This document shows, piece by piece, positions 21,190-29,398 of a stretch of 64,000 nt of DNA. Made by a program: the position numbers and the translations under genes. The stretch lies in contig JAJHPK010000038.1 in NCBI GenBank assembly GCA_020890945.1, positions 9,898-73,897 of the forward strand, given 5' to 3'. The stretch comes from Nitrosomonas sp. (GTDB lineage: Bacteria; Pseudomonadota; Gammaproteobacteria; Burkholderiales; Nitrosomonadaceae). The notes beneath the pieces were generated by a model. That model was not told the DNA's origin. It did not search any database and was given only the letters and a program-made list of their open reading frames with translations. Within the stretch, counting starts at the first letter, position 1. The number at the start of each line of letters is the position of its first letter.

Positions 21190-23733
21190 CTATGCCAAGT
21201 TACGCAGTGTTAATATCGGCGGGGTCGATAACGCAGCACGAGTTCCCAGTAAGCCTCCAATCAGCACCGTAATAGCGCCGAGCGGTGTTGCGATGAGCCA
21301 AATCCAAGGATCAAAACGATATTCAAAATGCAAGATCTGCTCTGCAATCACATAACCGAGCATACTCGCTCCCGCCGCCGCTAATATTCCGGCTAATCCG
21401 CCAAGAATCGCAAATTCCACCGCCCAAGCACGTTGCATCTGTTGCCTATGCGCACCTAGTGTACGGAAAATAGCGGCTTCATAAATGCGTTCGTCTTGAG
21501 TTGCAACGATTGCTGCATACAGTACCGAGAAACCAGCCAGCACAGTAAATATAAAAACAAACTGAATCGCTTGAGAAACTTTTTCGATCATTCCTTGTAC
21601 TTGATTAATGACGGTCGCCATATCGATCACCAATATATTCGGGAAAGCACGCACCAGCGCATGAATCATATCCATTCTATTCTCAGGAACATGGAAGCTG
21701 GTGATATAACTGAGCGGGTAATTTTCTAATAGCCCGGGTGGCGTTACGACAAAAAAATTGACCCGAAAGCTATCCCAATTTACTTTTCTGACACTCGTGA
21801 CTGGTGCAGAAAAATGGCTCCCCGCGATGTCATAGGTCAACTCATCACCGAGCTTGATACCGATAATTTTGGCGATACTTTGTTCAATCGAAATTTCTGC
21901 TTTCATCGAAGTTTTCGACTCTCCATTAACCGTCCACCAAGTGCCTTGAACCACTTGATTATCGGATGGAAGCTCGCTCAACCACGACAAATTAAATTCG
22001 CGCCGTATGTGTCTTTCCGCATGTAAGTCATGCGCAAAATGCTCTGGCAAAATTTCTTTACCGTTGATTTTAACCAACCGCCCTTTCACCATAGGAAACA
22101 AAACTGGAGAATCGATATCACGTTGTTGAAAGAAATTTTTCAATGGATCGATCTGATCCGACTGTATGTTAACCAGAAAGTAATTAGGCGCATCAGGTGG
22201 CAAACTGGTTTGCCAATCTTCAATTAAATCATCTTGAATCAACGTCATCACCAGCAACGCCATCAATCCTAGCCCCAAAGCCACGATCTGCAACACGCTG
22301 GATACCGCACGCCTGTGGATACTCGCCAGTCCATAACGCCAAGCATTACCGACGTGATGTCTGAAATTTGCCAGGATTTTGATTAACAACCATCCGAAAC
22401 CTGCAAATAAAAGAATCGCTGCGATAAATCCACCCACCACATATAAACCCATGCTCAGATCTTGCGCTTTCCAAATGAATAACAAAGCTAACACGAACAA
22501 GCCAAACAGATAGCCGATTACACCGTGTTTGTTGGAAAGACCGATATCTCTGCGTAACACGCGCATCGTCGATACGCTGCGTAGATTTAGCACAGGCGGT
22601 AATGCAAAACCGAGTAATAGTATCAAACCAATCGCCAAACCTTGCGCTAATGGCCAAAGACTTGGCCAAGGCAACGCCGTATCAGTCAAGCCTGTCAGCC
22701 AGTTGGACAAAATTTCCTGCGTCGCGAATCCAATCACACACCCCACACTGCTGGCCAGCAAACCCAACAATAGAAAATAAAAAACATACAAATACAGCAA
22801 CTGGTTTTGACTCGCGCCTAAACTACGCATCACAGCGCATCCATCTAAATGCCTTTGGGTAAATTGGCGCACCGCCAAAGCGATTGCCGCTGCGGCCATA
22901 ACAACACTTGCCAATGCCGCGAGATTCAAAAATTTTTCAGCACGCTCCAAAGCGGCTTTGATTTCCGGACGTGCATCGCGGATTCCTTCGATGCGTTGGG
23001 CTTTGCTCAAGCGTGTTTGCGCCCAATTCCGAAAATGCTGCACGTTTTCTTCATCGCCAGCCACTTGAAGATTATAGGAAACACGGCTGCCAAGCTGAAT
23101 TAATTCGGTTTTATCGAGATCTGCAGCATTCATCATGATGCGCGGTCCCAAATTAATAAAACCCACCGAGTGATCAGGTTCGCGAGCGATAAATTCAGTT
23201 ACTTGCAGTTGTGTTGCGCCTACATCGATGCGATCAGTTTTATTCAGTTCGAGTTGACGTAGAACTTTCTCATCCACCCAAATCGCGCCAGATTCGGGAA
23301 TGTCAGTCGATCTTCGCCACGTTGCAGGACCGGAAACCGACGATGAGTCATTCGAATTTTTCGCTTCTTGCATCAATTGCACATTGCCACGCAGCGGATA
23401 ACCTTGTGTAACAGCACGTATTTCAACCAACAGATTATGCTCGCCATTGGAAATCATGCTGGGGAATTTAATAATCGACGCTGTTGCTAACCCCAGGCGC
23501 TTTGCTTCACTGGTAAAACTATCCGGAATAGATTCACTGGAAATAATCAGCAAATCAGCCCCTAACAGTTGATTACTTTCTTGCACCAACGCGGTTTTTA
23601 CCCGGTCGATGAAAAACTCTACCGTGGTAATGCCACTGATCGCAATCACCAACGCTATGATCAAAACATTTAATTCACCGGCGCGCCAATCACGACGCAA
23701 CATATTGAACGATAACTTATGGATGGATTTCAT
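21190..23733 (-). CDS. ABC transporter permease, FtsX-like, duplicated (YbbP-like)
   Basis: 847 aa with two FtsX/MacB-type permease repeats, each having a large periplasmic loop. It lies immediately downstream of the ATPase, the same arrangement as E. coli ybbA-ybbP. Confidence 0.85.
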   Translation of the reverse strand: MKSIHKLSFNMLRRDWRAGELNVLIIALVIAISGITTVEFFIDRVKTALVQESNQLLGADLLIISSESIPDSFTSEAKRLGLATASIIKFPSMISNGEHNLLVEIRAVTQGYPLRGNVQLMQEAKNSNDSSSVSGPATWRRSTDIPESGAIWVDEKVLRQLELNKTDRIDVGATQLQVTEFIAREPDHSVGFINLGPRIMMNAADLDKTELIQLGSRVSYNLQVAGDEENVQHFRNWAQTRLSKAQRIEGIRDARPEIKAALERAEKFLNLAALASVVMAAAAIALAVRQFTQRHLDGCAVMRSLGASQNQLLYLYVFYFLLLGLLASSVGCVIGFATQEILSNWLTGLTDTALPWPSLWPLAQGLAIGLILLLGFALPPVLNLRSVSTMRVLRRDIGLSNKHGVIGYLFGLFVLALLFIWKAQDLSMGLYVVGGFIAAILLFAGFGWLLIKILANFRHHVGNAWRYGLASIHRRAVSSVLQIVALGLGLMALLVMTLIQDDLIEDWQTSLPPDAPNYFLVNIQSDQIDPLKNFFQQRDIDSPVLFPMVKGRLVKINGKEILPEHFAHDLHAERHIRREFNLSWLSELPSDNQVVQGTWWTVNGESKTSMKAEISIEQSIAKIIGIKLGDELTYDIAGSHFSAPVTSVRKVNWDSFRVNFFVVTPPGLLENYPLSYITSFHVPENRMDMIHALVRAFPNILVIDMATVINQVQGMIEKVSQAIQFVFIFTVLAGFSVLYAAIVATQDERIYEAAIFRTLGAHRQQMQRAWAVEFAILGGLAGILAAAGASMLGYVIAEQILHFEYRFDPWIWLIATPLGAITVLIGGLLGTRAALSTPPILTLRNLA

Positions 23734-23735
23734 CG

Positions 23736-24419
23736 CTATACCAACTTACCGTGAGACAGGCGAATTTGCCGTGAACAACGTTGTGATAACGTTTCGTCAT
23801 GCGTGACTAAAACCAGCGTGGTGCCTTGCTCACGATTGAGTTCAAACATTAAATCAATAATTTGCTCACCAGTTTCCGCATCAAGATTACCGGTTGGTTC
23901 ATCGGCTAATAACAATTTAGGCGCCGTTACAAAAGCACGCGCGATTGCAACACGCTGCTGTTCTCCGCCTGACAATTGTTTCGGATAGTGATGTAAGCGC
24001 TGCGCAAGGCCGACGCGGGCGAGTAATTGCTGCGATTTTTGTTCGGCATGATCAGCATCGGCCAATTCAAGAGGCAGCATCACGTTCTCCAATGCAGTAA
24101 GCGCGGGAAGTAATTGAAAAGACTGAAAAACAAATCCTAATACTTTACTTCGCAAAGCGGCGCGTTCGTCTTCGTTTAATAAAAAAATATCCACTTGATC
24201 CAAATAAACTTTTCCTGATGTTGGCAAATCTAACCCAGCTAGCAAAGCCAGCAAAGTTGATTTACCAGAGCCGGAAGCGCCAATGATAGCCACCGTTTCC
24301 GCTGAGTTTATCTGTAAATGGATATCTTGTAGTATGGTAAGCTGACTGTCGCCCGTGCTGACTTGTTTGGTCAATCCCTGAACTAAAAGAATGAATTTCT
24401 GATCTTCATTATTAACCAT
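23736..24419 (-). CDS. ABC transporter ATP-binding protein (YbbA-like)
   Basis: Walker A GASGSGKST, signature LSGGEQQRVAIARA, Walker B LLLADEPTGNLD and the H-loop VTHD. Start moved to MVNNEDQ (21st codon of the ORF-track call). Confidence 0.9.
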   Translation of the reverse strand: MVNNEDQKFILLVQGLTKQVSTGDSQLTILQDIHLQINSAETVAIIGASGSGKSTLLALLAGLDLPTSGKVYLDQVDIFLLNEDERAALRSKVLGFVFQSFQLLPALTALENVMLPLELADADHAEQKSQQLLARVGLAQRLHHYPKQLSGGEQQRVAIARAFVTAPKLLLADEPTGNLDAETGEQIIDLMFELNREQGTTLVLVTHDETLSQRCSRQIRLSHGKLV

Positions 24420-25038
24420 GAAAAAAAATGTCCTGTTTTCCTTATTATTACTTGTTATTTGTATGATGCCAGTTGCCAAAGCAACTGCTACAAAAATTCT
24501 TGTTTACGGAGATAGTCTTTCCGCGAATTATGGCATACCCATCGAAGCCGGTTGGGTGTCATTGTTAACGCAACGAATAAACAGCCAGTATACCGGTTAC
24601 CAAATCATTAATACGAGTATCAGTGGAGAAACTACACTAGGCGGACGCAATCGCATCGATCAAGTACTATCAACTCATAAGCCCAATATTATTATCGTGG
24701 AACTCGGCGCTAACGATGGTTTACGTGGAACGAGCATTCAAAGTATCTATGATAATTTAGCAACCATCATTCAAAAATCTCAGCGAAACAATGCTCGAGT
24801 TTTACTGATTGGCATGCGGTTGCCACCTAATTATGGCGCAACTTACACCGCAAAGTTCCAAGATACTTTCACGAAGCTCGCAAAAGATTATCAAATACCG
24901 CTGGTACCATTTTTATTCGAAGGGTTTGGTGAACGACCCGATTTTTTTCTACCAGACCGTTTACATCCTAATGAAATGGCGCAGCCCAAAATCGTTGAAA
25001 CGATTTGGCCAGCATTGGAACCGCTGCTAACCAAGTAA
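24418..25038 (+). CDS. tesA: SGNH/GDSL arylesterase (TesA-like thioesterase I/lysophospholipase L1)
   Basis: Signal peptide, block I GDSLSA, block II SGETT, block III GANDG and block V D.LHPN. It is divergent from ybbA as in E. coli. Confidence 0.85.
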   Translation: MKKNVLFSLLLLVICMMPVAKATATKILVYGDSLSANYGIPIEAGWVSLLTQRINSQYTGYQIINTSISGETTLGGRNRIDQVLSTHKPNIIIVELGANDGLRGTSIQSIYDNLATIIQKSQRNNARVLLIGMRLPPNYGATYTAKFQDTFTKLAKDYQIPLVPFLFEGFGERPDFFLPDRLHPNEMAQPKIVETIWPALEPLLTK

Positions 25039-25054
25039 TTAAATTAATCAATAA

Positions 25055-26098
25055 TTAATTTTGAGCAGCGTTCATCTGATCTACGAAAGTTTGTAAATCC
25101 GCTGGCAGCGGTGACTGAAATTGCAAAAGTTGCTGGGTTATCGGATGTGTCAACTGTAACGTATGCGCATGTAGGAACATACGCTGCAAATGAAAACGAT
25201 GACTCGTTTTAGCCAACTGCTTATTCGTATCAAAATCGCCATATTTATCATCACCAGCGATAGGAAATCCTAAATGTGCCAAATGCACGCGAATTTGATG
25301 TGTGCGCCCTGTTTTGAGTTCGGCATCTAATAAACTAAAATTTTTCCAAGATTGCTGTAATCGAAAAATCGTGTGTGCAGACATTGGTTTAAGCGCCTCA
25401 TTTCTATTCCTTTCCTTAACGATTGCAACACGCCGCTCCCCGCTGGCGGTTGTGTATTTATTCAACGCCAGTTTCACGTGCTGTACCGGATTCGACCAAT
25501 GACCGCAAACCATGACTTGATAATGCTTGGATATGAGCGCTTCACGAATCTGACGATGCAGTTCCACCAAAGCAACTCGTTTCTTCGCCAGCATTAATAC
25601 ACCGGAAGTTTCTCTATCCAGCCGATGCACCAATTCCAGGAATTTCCACGTTGGATGTTGCATGCGCAATTGCTCGATCACTCCAAAACTAATGCCGCTT
25701 CCACCGTGAACCGCCATTCCGCTGGGTTTGTCGACGACCAAAAGCGCTTCATCCTCAAACAGTACGTTAAAGGCAACATGTTTCTTAGGAACCCGAGCAA
25801 TCTCGTCAGGTGATTTTTCAGTCAGAAAAATAGGCGGAATTCTGAGGGTATTGCCTATTTGCAAACGATAATCGGCACGAATCCTTTTGCCATCGACACG
25901 CACTTGACCACTTCTCAGCAGTTGGTAAACATGGCTTTTAGGCACATTCTTAAGCCGCTTCAATAAAAAATTATCGATTCGCTGATCGTATGCTTCATCA
26001 GCAATTTCAATTTTTTGCACTGCGCAAATATTGCCAGGCTTGTCGGATTTGTTCATAACTGACTTACCTGTTTTACTGATCGATTCCGCTATCGGCAT
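25055..26098 (-). CDS. rluC: 23S rRNA pseudouridine synthase, RluC-like (S4 + RluA-family catalytic domain)
   Basis: Collinear with E. coli RluC: QRIDNFL...VPKS..Y.LLR.G.VRV..KRI...Y.L..G..lRIPP, PSGMAVHGGSG.SFGVIE.LR, ELVHRLDRETSGVL and TGRTHQIRVHLAH. An alternative and perhaps better start is the internal ATG (MNKSDKP) at about 26056. Confidence 0.85.
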   Translation of the reverse strand: MPIAESISKTGKSVMNKSDKPGNICAVQKIEIADEAYDQRIDNFLLKRLKNVPKSHVYQLLRSGQVRVDGKRIRADYRLQIGNTLRIPPIFLTEKSPDEIARVPKKHVAFNVLFEDEALLVVDKPSGMAVHGGSGISFGVIEQLRMQHPTWKFLELVHRLDRETSGVLMLAKKRVALVELHRQIREALISKHYQVMVCGHWSNPVQHVKLALNKYTTASGERRVAIVKERNRNEALKPMSAHTIFRLQQSWKNFSLLDAELKTGRTHQIRVHLAHLGFPIAGDDKYGDFDTNKQLAKTSHRFHLQRMFLHAHTLQLTHPITQQLLQFQSPLPADLQTFVDQMNAAQN

Positions 26099-26101
26099 GA
26101 A

Positions 26102-27223
26102 TCATTTTTTTCCTTTCCCATCCCATTCTTCGATGCTTTTTAACAATTTATCAAAAGGCTTGATGAATTTCTCCACGCCTTCAGTTTCAAGCTGCTTGCC
26201 GATTACTTCAAGATCAATACCCATTTTCTTTAAGTCTAAAGGCACTTGATTCGTTTGCTGTAATTCTTGATCAATCCGCACGATGGGATTTCCATGATCG
26301 CGATAAGCCTCTAATGTTTCTTGTGGAAGCGTAGTGACGGTATCCTTTGCCACAAGCGCCTCGACATATTTGATATCGCTATAACTTTTATCTTTAGTAC
26401 CAGTGCTAGCCCATAACAGTGCCTGAGGGTTTGCTCCCAGCTTTGACAAAGCTTGCCAGCGTTCGCCTTGAATCCATTGACGATAGTATTGATAGGCAAT
26501 GCGCGCGCTGGAAATGGCAGCTTGACCACGTAACTCAAGATAGCGTCGATCATTACTTTTTGCCGCTTGTTCATCGAGCTGTTTATCGATCATGACATCA
26601 ATCCGGCTTAGGAAAAAACTAGCGACTGAAATAATGTGATCGATCGGTTTATTCTGTTTAACACGAATTTCCAATCCCCGCAGAAATGCCTCGACCACTT
26701 GTTGGTAACGCAACACACTGAATATCAACGTAACATTGACATTGATTCCTTCGGCAATTAACTGCTCAATGACAGGTAACCCCACTTCCGTTGCCGGAAC
26801 CTTTATTAACGTATTGGGACGATCCAACTCTTTCCATAATCGCTTGCCCTCTTGAATACTCTGTTCCGTATCATTTGCCAAATAAGGAGAAACTTCTAAA
26901 CTGACAAATCCATCGCGACCTTTTGATCGCTCGAAGACGGGATAAAATAAATCCGCAGCTTTGCGCACATCCTCCAAAGCCAGTGTTTCATAAATAGCAA
27001 TAGGTGGCACGTTGCTTTTCTTAAGCGACGAAATGGCATCATCATAAGCGGTGCTATCGGTAATCGCTTTTTCAAAAATAGCGGGGTTAGAAGTGATGCC
27101 AGAAACGCTATCTCTTTCGATTAATTCGATTAGTTCACCATTTTCCAGCATTTCACGATTGATATCGTCCAACCAAACGCTTTGTCCTAATTCTTTTAGC
27201 TTCTGCAAGGAACTCTTGGCCAT
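26102..27223 (-). CDS. tal: Transaldolase (long, ~370 aa type)
   Basis: L.ELGQSVWLDDI.R......G.L..LI......GITSNP.IF..AI and the KVPAT lysine block. Start moved to MAKSSLQKL, preceded by AAGGAAAAAAT. Confidence 0.9.
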   Translation of the reverse strand: MAKSSLQKLKELGQSVWLDDINREMLENGELIELIERDSVSGITSNPAIFEKAITDSTAYDDAISSLKKSNVPPIAIYETLALEDVRKAADLFYPVFERSKGRDGFVSLEVSPYLANDTEQSIQEGKRLWKELDRPNTLIKVPATEVGLPVIEQLIAEGINVNVTLIFSVLRYQQVVEAFLRGLEIRVKQNKPIDHIISVASFFLSRIDVMIDKQLDEQAAKSNDRRYLELRGQAAISSARIAYQYYRQWIQGERWQALSKLGANPQALLWASTGTKDKSYSDIKYVEALVAKDTVTTLPQETLEAYRDHGNPIVRIDQELQQTNQVPLDLKKMGIDLEVIGKQLETEGVEKFIKPFDKLLKSIEEWDGKGKK

Positions 27224-27324
27224 ATTTTTTCCTTTTTCTGTTGATACCATAGAAAACAACTGGATTATTTATAAAGTTTTTACGTTTCAAATACAAAATC
27301 TAAAGAATTTTCATTGCAAGCAAT

Positions 27325-27888
27325 TTATTGACAAGCCGAAGTAGCCAGCCAATCAGTCAATACACCGGCATCACGAATAACTCCATCGGAACCAAACATG
27401 TAATACACATGATTATCGGTTGATGAAACCGCCAAATAGGAATTAGTCGCGGAATAAAAACGATAGGTATAAGGCGGAAAATTCAAAAAACTATCGTTGC
27501 CCGCAGGAGCGAAAAACTGTGCATAATTAGTTTCCGCCCATTTAAAAAAGCAGGATGTCGGATTTACCGCTCCGGTATCCGCAACAGTGACAGTACCGCG
27601 CATCGCAGGATGAAAACGGCAAGAATACGTGTATGTGCCAGCATCGTTGAATACAAAATTGAATGAAGCACCCTGACTCAAATCGCTACTCCACAACGTA
27701 GCATCTTGCGTGGTACTGTGCACGGCGCTATCTTGATTGGTCCAAGTAATCGAATCGCCTTTGTTGATCGAAATTGCATTCGGAATAAAGCTAAAATCCT
27801 GTATCTTGACCGTAACCGTTTCCGCCATAGCCGCTGACGAAACAATCAGGAAAAAACAACTAAAAATCAAAGCAACTAAGTGTCTCAT
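27325..27888 (-). CDS. Type-1 (blue) copper protein, amicyanin/pseudoazurin-like cupredoxin with an extra C-terminal domain
   Basis: After the signal peptide come the cupredoxin strands (TVKIQDFSFIP..ISINKGDSITWTN.DSAVHS) and the ligand loop YSCRFHPAMRGTVTV (C-x2-H-x2-M). About 85 further residues (2 Cys) follow with no fold I recognise. Confidence 0.8.
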   Translation of the reverse strand: MRHLVALIFSCFFLIVSSAAMAETVTVKIQDFSFIPNAISINKGDSITWTNQDSAVHSTTQDATLWSSDLSQGASFNFVFNDAGTYTYSCRFHPAMRGTVTVADTGAVNPTSCFFKWAETNYAQFFAPAGNDSFLNFPPYTYRFYSATNSYLAVSSTDNHVYYMFGSDGVIRDAGVLTDWLATSACQ

Positions 27889-28034
27889 ATTCCCTCCGAT
27901 CCATAAGATAAATTACCCCGCTTGAAAAGTATACTATTGCCCTGCCCTAGTCCATAATTTCATATCCAACAGCGGAAAGATAGTTCTATCGCTTTTACTG
28001 ATTTTTGACATCCTTACCTTCTACAATAAAGAAA

Positions 28035-28451
28035 ATGACCGAACAAAAAGCTTCTTATTTAACCGGAATACTCTGTCAATATAAAAAAGATTTTTTATCT
28101 GACATTTACTGGGATGAGATTTGTGGCATTTATTCCATCACAGATCAGGCGAAATCAGAACTCGATCGCAATAACATAAACAAAAACAAAATAACCAATG
28201 TATTAGCGCAACGCAAATGCCGCGGCATCGATATTCACTCTCAAATCACCACGGATAAAACAGGTAAGAACGGTGACTGGACTTTAGAAACAATCGCTGA
28301 CCTAATTTCACAATATCCATCTCCATCGCAACTTTTTGATGAAGCTTTGCTTAACCTCTCTCATAAAGCTGATCACCCTAGCAACAATATTTCAATTAAA
28401 AAAAACGAAGCTTGGTATCTTTATGCATATGATGCACCATCAGCTTCATAG
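28035..28451 (+). CDS. Hypothetical protein, upstream half of a reading frame interrupted by TAG
   Basis: ORF 28005-28451 (TTG start in the track; first ATG at 28035). No recognisable motifs. It ends at a TAG that is in frame with the next ORF. Confidence 0.45.
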   Translation: MTEQKASYLTGILCQYKKDFLSDIYWDEICGIYSITDQAKSELDRNNINKNKITNVLAQRKCRGIDIHSQITTDKTGKNGDWTLETIADLISQYPSPSQLFDEALLNLSHKADHPSNNISIKKNEAWYLYAYDAPSAS

Positions 28452-28502
28452 ACAATAAAAGAACTACAATGCCTTGGTTACGTTAAAATTTTATTTGAAA
28501 CC

Positions 28503-28964
28503 ATGGACGGATCTATACAATTTCAAATTACAGCAAAAGGTTGGTCCAGAATATCGGAATTACAAAATAAACCTAATAAAGAGAGCAACCAAGCTTTTGT
28601 CGCAATGTGGTTCAATAATAAAATGAATAGCTATTATCAAAGTATTAAAGAAGCCATTGAACTCGATGGAACCCAATGTATAAGAATCGATTCGGAACAA
28701 CATAACAATAAAATATGCGACGAAATCATTGCGCAGATTCGAAAAAGTAAATATTTGGTTGCTGATTTTACTGGAAACCGCGGTGGCGTCTATTTTGAAG
28801 CTGGCTTTGCTCTAGGTCTTGGAATACCGGTTATTTGGATGGTGAGAAATGACTATTTGAAAAAAATCCATTTTGATACCCGCCAGTACAATCATATTGT
28901 TTATAAAACCGAAGCCGATTTAAAGCAACAATTAATTTATAGAATTCAAGCCACGATCATCTAA
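28503..28964 (+). CDS. Nucleoside 2-deoxyribosyltransferase-like / TIR-like fold domain protein (downstream half of the interrupted frame)
   Basis: AFVAMWF......Y..I..AI......C.RID......KICDEIIAQIRKSKYLVADFTGNRGGVYFEAGFALGLGIPVIWMV. This matches the F.AM.F ... aD.T..n.nV.yE.G.A.g.g.pVI signature of the NDT-like Rossmannoid clade, preceded by a possible small winged-helix-like segment (F.ITAKGWSRISEL). Confidence 0.5.
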   Translation: MDGSIQFQITAKGWSRISELQNKPNKESNQAFVAMWFNNKMNSYYQSIKEAIELDGTQCIRIDSEQHNNKICDEIIAQIRKSKYLVADFTGNRGGVYFEAGFALGLGIPVIWMVRNDYLKKIHFDTRQYNHIVYKTEADLKQQLIYRIQATII

Positions 28965-29173
28965 AAAACCACTCCCCCCTGCTACTTGCTTCCCTTCAAC
29001 AAAGCAATAGTTTTTCCGACTTGACAGGCTACCGCCCTTTCTGTAGCTCCCCCGTTTTATTGATCCACAGCAAACACATAAGGATATTTTTACGTAGCTA
29101 TTTCAATATTTAGCCTAAAATACAAATTGCTATACTATGTTTAAAATCATTATTTCATAAGAGAAGTTTGCAA

Positions 29174-29398
29174 ATGGCGAAAATTTTCTTTTTGATTATT
29201 GTTGTGATATTCATTTTCTGGATCATCAAAATACAGAAAATTCAAAAAAATAAGACACAGGATTCTTTGGAACCCATCGAGGATATGGTCAGTTGCGTTC
29301 ACTGCAACACTCACATTCCTAAAAAAGAAGCCGTTAGCGATGATGAAAATCAATATTTTTGCTCTGTAATACATCGTGATGAGTATAAAAAAACTTAA
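29174..29398 (+). CDS. Small membrane-anchored zinc-ribbon/TRASH-like protein
   Basis: One N-terminal TM helix (IFFLIIVVIFIFWII) followed by C-x2-C-x18-C-x3-H (CVHCNTHIPKK...YFCSVIH). It overlaps the start of the downstream sensor kinase. It resembles the small proteins annotated as the PP0621 family, but that recollection is tentative. Confidence 0.6.
   Translation: MAKIFFLIIVVIFIFWIIKIQKIQKNKTQDSLEPIEDMVSCVHCNTHIPKKEAVSDDENQYFCSVIHRDEYKKT

Noticed and set aside
21496-23411. Multiple 65-107 aa ORFs on both strands inside the ybbP-like permease gene.
   Set aside because: All are nested within, or antisense to, a long and well-supported CDS. None has its own signals or motifs.
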